Shown in pieces: positions 61,674-64,000 of a stretch of DNA of 64,000 bases (positions within the stretch are counted from its first letter, which is position 1; the number at the start of each line of letters is the position of its first letter). Made by a program: the position numbers and the translations under genes. The notes beneath the pieces are model-generated. The model made no database searches. It was not told the DNA's origin and saw only the letters and a list, made by a program, of their open reading frames with translations. The DNA is from an uncultured delta proteobacterium (GTDB taxonomy: Bacteria; Myxococcota_A; UBA9160; UBA4427), in contig CAWGJT010000006.1 in the NCBI GenBank assembly GCA_963822965.1, forward strand, positions 544,001-608,000, read 5' to 3'.

Positions 61674-62716
61674 CAGACGAACCTCCTCGTGAGCCAGTCG
61701 ACGACGATCTCGTTCAGCCTTTCGGGCTTCTCCTGCTGGGTCCAGTGCCCGCAGCCCTGGATCTGCGTGATCTCCAGATCGCCGCAGATGGCGGGCATTC
61801 CCGCGGCCAGCTCGGGCCGCAGCGCCACGTCCCACTCGGCCGTCACCATCAGGCAGGGCAGCGCGAGCTTCTGCGACCCGATCTCGGGGAAGAGCTGCGC
61901 GTTGCGGTCGATGTTGCGGTACCAGTTGATGCCGCCCCGGAAGCCCGTGCGCTCGAAGGCGCGCACGTACACGTCCAGCTCGTCGTCGTCGAGCAGGGGC
62001 TCGCCCAGCTCGGGAATCTCGTCCAGCCGGCGAAACGGGTTCGCGTCGAGCTCGCCGCCCGCCATCGCGCGCTCGGCCAGGCCGCCGGGCTCGGGCTCGA
62101 AGCCCCGGCGCATGAGCTTGCGGAAGAGCAGGTCCACCCGCGCATCGAGCACGCCTTCCGCCACGCCAGGCTGCTGGAACCAGAGCACGTAGAGCTTCTC
62201 TTCGTCGGGCACCGCCAGGCGCATCATCGCCGTGGGCGGAAACGGCATGTTCGGCGTGTTGACGCCGATCACCCCCGCCGTGCGCTCGGGGTGGGCGACG
62301 GGCATTCCCCAGGCGACGAAGCCCCCCCAGTCGTGACCCGCGACCACGGCCCTCTCGATCTCGAGGGCGTCCAACAGCCGCACGACGTCGCCCATCAGGT
62401 GCTCGAGCGAGTAGTGCTCGATCGCCTCGGGACGATCGCTCGCCCCGTAGCCCCGCATGTCCGGCGCGACGACCCGGAAGCCCGCCGCCGCGAGCGCCGG
62501 AATCTGGTGCCGCCACGAGAAGGCGAGCTCGGGAAAGCCGTGGCAGAGCACCACTGCCGGGCCGTCCTTCGGCCCGGCTTCGTGGACCGAGAGCGCGATC
62601 GGATCGAGGGAGGCCCCTCGCGCACCGACGCCCGCCGGCAGCTGGATGCTGCGCGCCGGCGGCATGGTGGCGCCCACCGGCGGGGCGCCGGTCCGGGAAC
62701 GAGGCTCCTGGGTCAT
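61673..62716 (-). CDS. Epoxide hydrolase-like alpha/beta hydrolase
   Basis: HGFPE..FSWRHQ, APDMRGYG, GHDWGG, NWYRN, GHWTQQE. Confidence 0.93.
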   Translation of the reverse strand: MTQEPRSRTGAPPVGATMPPARSIQLPAGVGARGASLDPIALSVHEAGPKDGPAVVLCHGFPELAFSWRHQIPALAAAGFRVVAPDMRGYGASDRPEAIEHYSLEHLMGDVVRLLDALEIERAVVAGHDWGGFVAWGMPVAHPERTAGVIGVNTPNMPFPPTAMMRLAVPDEEKLYVLWFQQPGVAEGVLDARVDLLFRKLMRRGFEPEPGGLAERAMAGGELDANPFRRLDEIPELGEPLLDDDELDVYVRAFERTGFRGGINWYRNIDRNAQLFPEIGSQKLALPCLMVTAEWDVALRPELAAGMPAICGDLEITQIQGCGHWTQQEKPERLNEIVVDWLTRRFV

Positions 62717-62818
62717 CGTGTCACTCCGTGCAGGCCCCAGAGGAGCGCCCAACGATACCCCACTGCGATCTGCGCGGTGGCGGAACCGCGACCCACGACC
62801 TCGTCTTGGATCAGGCTC

Positions 62819-63014
62819 CTAGTGTCCTGAGTCAGAAGTTCGGCGTCGGACTTGCTCGATGGCAGCAGGTCTCGATCGCACCGAGGCCGCGCGTGCGGCC
62901 CGCCGACAAGGCACGCGACCGAGGCGTAGCCGAGCTACGGTGACGGGAGCGCAACGCAGCCGGCGGGTCGCACGGGCGGCCGAATGCCGGCGAACTTCTG
63001 ACTCAGGACACTAG
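62819..63014. mobile_element. MITE-like element D
   Basis: Perfect 24-nt inverted ends CTAGTGTCCTGAGTCAGAAGTTCG / CGAACTTCTGACTCAGGACACTAG; the core at 62907-62960 is the reverse complement of the element B core. Confidence 0.88.
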
Positions 63015-63358
63015 CCCAGGTTCGCTTCGAACACGTCCTCGTCGAAGCCGACGAGGATCGTCCTGCCGGCGCGGATCGTCGGCGCGCGCAGGTTGCCGGT
63101 GGGGCCGAGCATGGCGTCCAACACGTCCTTGCCGGCCTTGCCGCCCGGGAACTCCGTCACCTTCCTGCCCTTGGCGACGATCACCCGCGTGGCGCTCGAC
63201 ACCAGCTCGGCCGCCTGCTTGCGGTCGAGCTTGCGGCTCGCCGGGACGACCTCCTTCGCTTCGATTCCATGCGCGTCCAGGAACTTGGACGCCCGGGTAC
63301 ACGTCGTTCAGCCCTTGCGGTAGTAGTACCAGTCGACCTGCTTCTTCCGGGATGCCAC
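63011..63358 (-). CDS. ArsC/Spx-family selenoprotein (UxxC), 115 aa
   Basis: GTG after GAGGAGGGAG; MASRKKQVDWYYYRKG-U(TGA 63310-63308)-TTCTRASKFL...MLGPTGNLRAPTIRAGRTILVGFDE; SECIS-like hairpin downstream. Confidence 0.85.
63273..63292 (-). other. Putative bacterial SECIS hairpin
   Basis: mRNA GCGUCCA-AGUUCC-UGGACGC beginning 15 nt after the UGA; G at loop position 2. Confidence 0.65.
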
Positions 63359-63383
63359 GGTGCTCCCTCCTCGGGATGCGAGC

Positions 63384-63941
63384 TTACCAGGCCGCCGAGC
63401 CGGGGCCGCCCTTGATGGGCCCGGCGAGATCCGGCGTCACCCACCCCCCGTAGTAGCCGCCGGGCTGGGGCGTCGCCCGGGTCTCTCCCAGCCAGCAGTC
63501 CGAGAGGCGGGCGGGATGGAAAGCGAGCCAGCCCCGAATGGCCTCGAACTCGGGATACGGGTCGGGGTAGCACCAGGCGGCGGCCTCGAGGACGTCGCCC
63601 GCCGCGAGGACGTCGAAGAGCCGCGCCCGACCCTTCCACTCGCAGAAGGAGACGCCGGCGTTCGGGGCCAGCCGCCCGAGGTCGACGTCGGCCGGGGGCA
63701 GGTAGAGGGTCGGCGCGCCCGCGGTCTCCAGCACACGCAGCGCGCGGGCGCTCTCCGCCACCGCCACGCCCCGGTGCGCCACCCGTACCCGGCGTGCCTC
63801 GGGCTCGATCCGGGGCGGCCGGGGGTAGTCCCAGACCGACTCCCGGCCCGGCGCCGGGGGCTCGGCCCAGCTCGGGCGCTCGCTGCCGGTAAAACGCCAG
63901 CGGCCGCGCGCGAGCAGGACGTCCCGACCGACGCTCTTCAA
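63384..63941 (-). CDS. DUF427 (NTP_transf_9) domain protein
   Basis: ESVWDYPRPP, RVLET...PTLYLPP.DV, SFCEWKG, AAWCYPDP, PQPGGYYGGWVT; start uncertain. Confidence 0.88.
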   Translation of the reverse strand: MKSVGRDVLLARGRWRFTGSERPSWAEPPAPGRESVWDYPRPPRIEPEARRVRVAHRGVAVAESARALRVLETAGAPTLYLPPADVDLGRLAPNAGVSFCEWKGRARLFDVLAAGDVLEAAAWCYPDPYPEFEAIRGWLAFHPARLSDCWLGETRATPQPGGYYGGWVTPDLAGPIKGGPGSAAW

Positions 63942-64000
63942 TGCCGCCTCCTTCCGCTGCGCCGCCGGCTTCGGCTCCCGATCCGCCCCCCTCGACGGAG

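Overview
Very GC-rich, gene-dense bacterial chromosome segment. It is diderm, judged from TolC, lipoproteins and outer-membrane beta-barrels; a Myxococcota/Binatota-like lineage is an inference only. It carries an archaeal-type topoisomerase VI subunit B with a histone-like basic N-terminal tail and no adjacent subunit A, divergent from a G-motif-deviant EF-G paralogue. It also holds many catabolic oxidoreductases (three LLM-family enzymes, three SDRs, a Rieske oxygenase, a carotenoid/stilbene cleavage dioxygenase, a PQQ dehydrogenase), an arsR-arsI/cadI pair, nfeD-flotillin, prs, an orphan murG and a full pstSCAB / phoU-phoB-phoR locus. Highlights not shown by the ORF track: (1) an ArsC/Spx-like selenoprotein with an in-frame UGA (UxxC) and a SECIS-like hairpin at 63011-63358. 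(2) Three intergenic hot spots of short CTAG-bounded non-autonomous elements, each abutting a TAG stop codon; two elements with unrelated terminal repeats carry the same ~55-nt structured core. (3) Several genes with single-base frameshifts, and several with the middle deleted. (4) A TolC-family gene running off the left edge. All product calls come from motif recognition by eye; no database searches were run.
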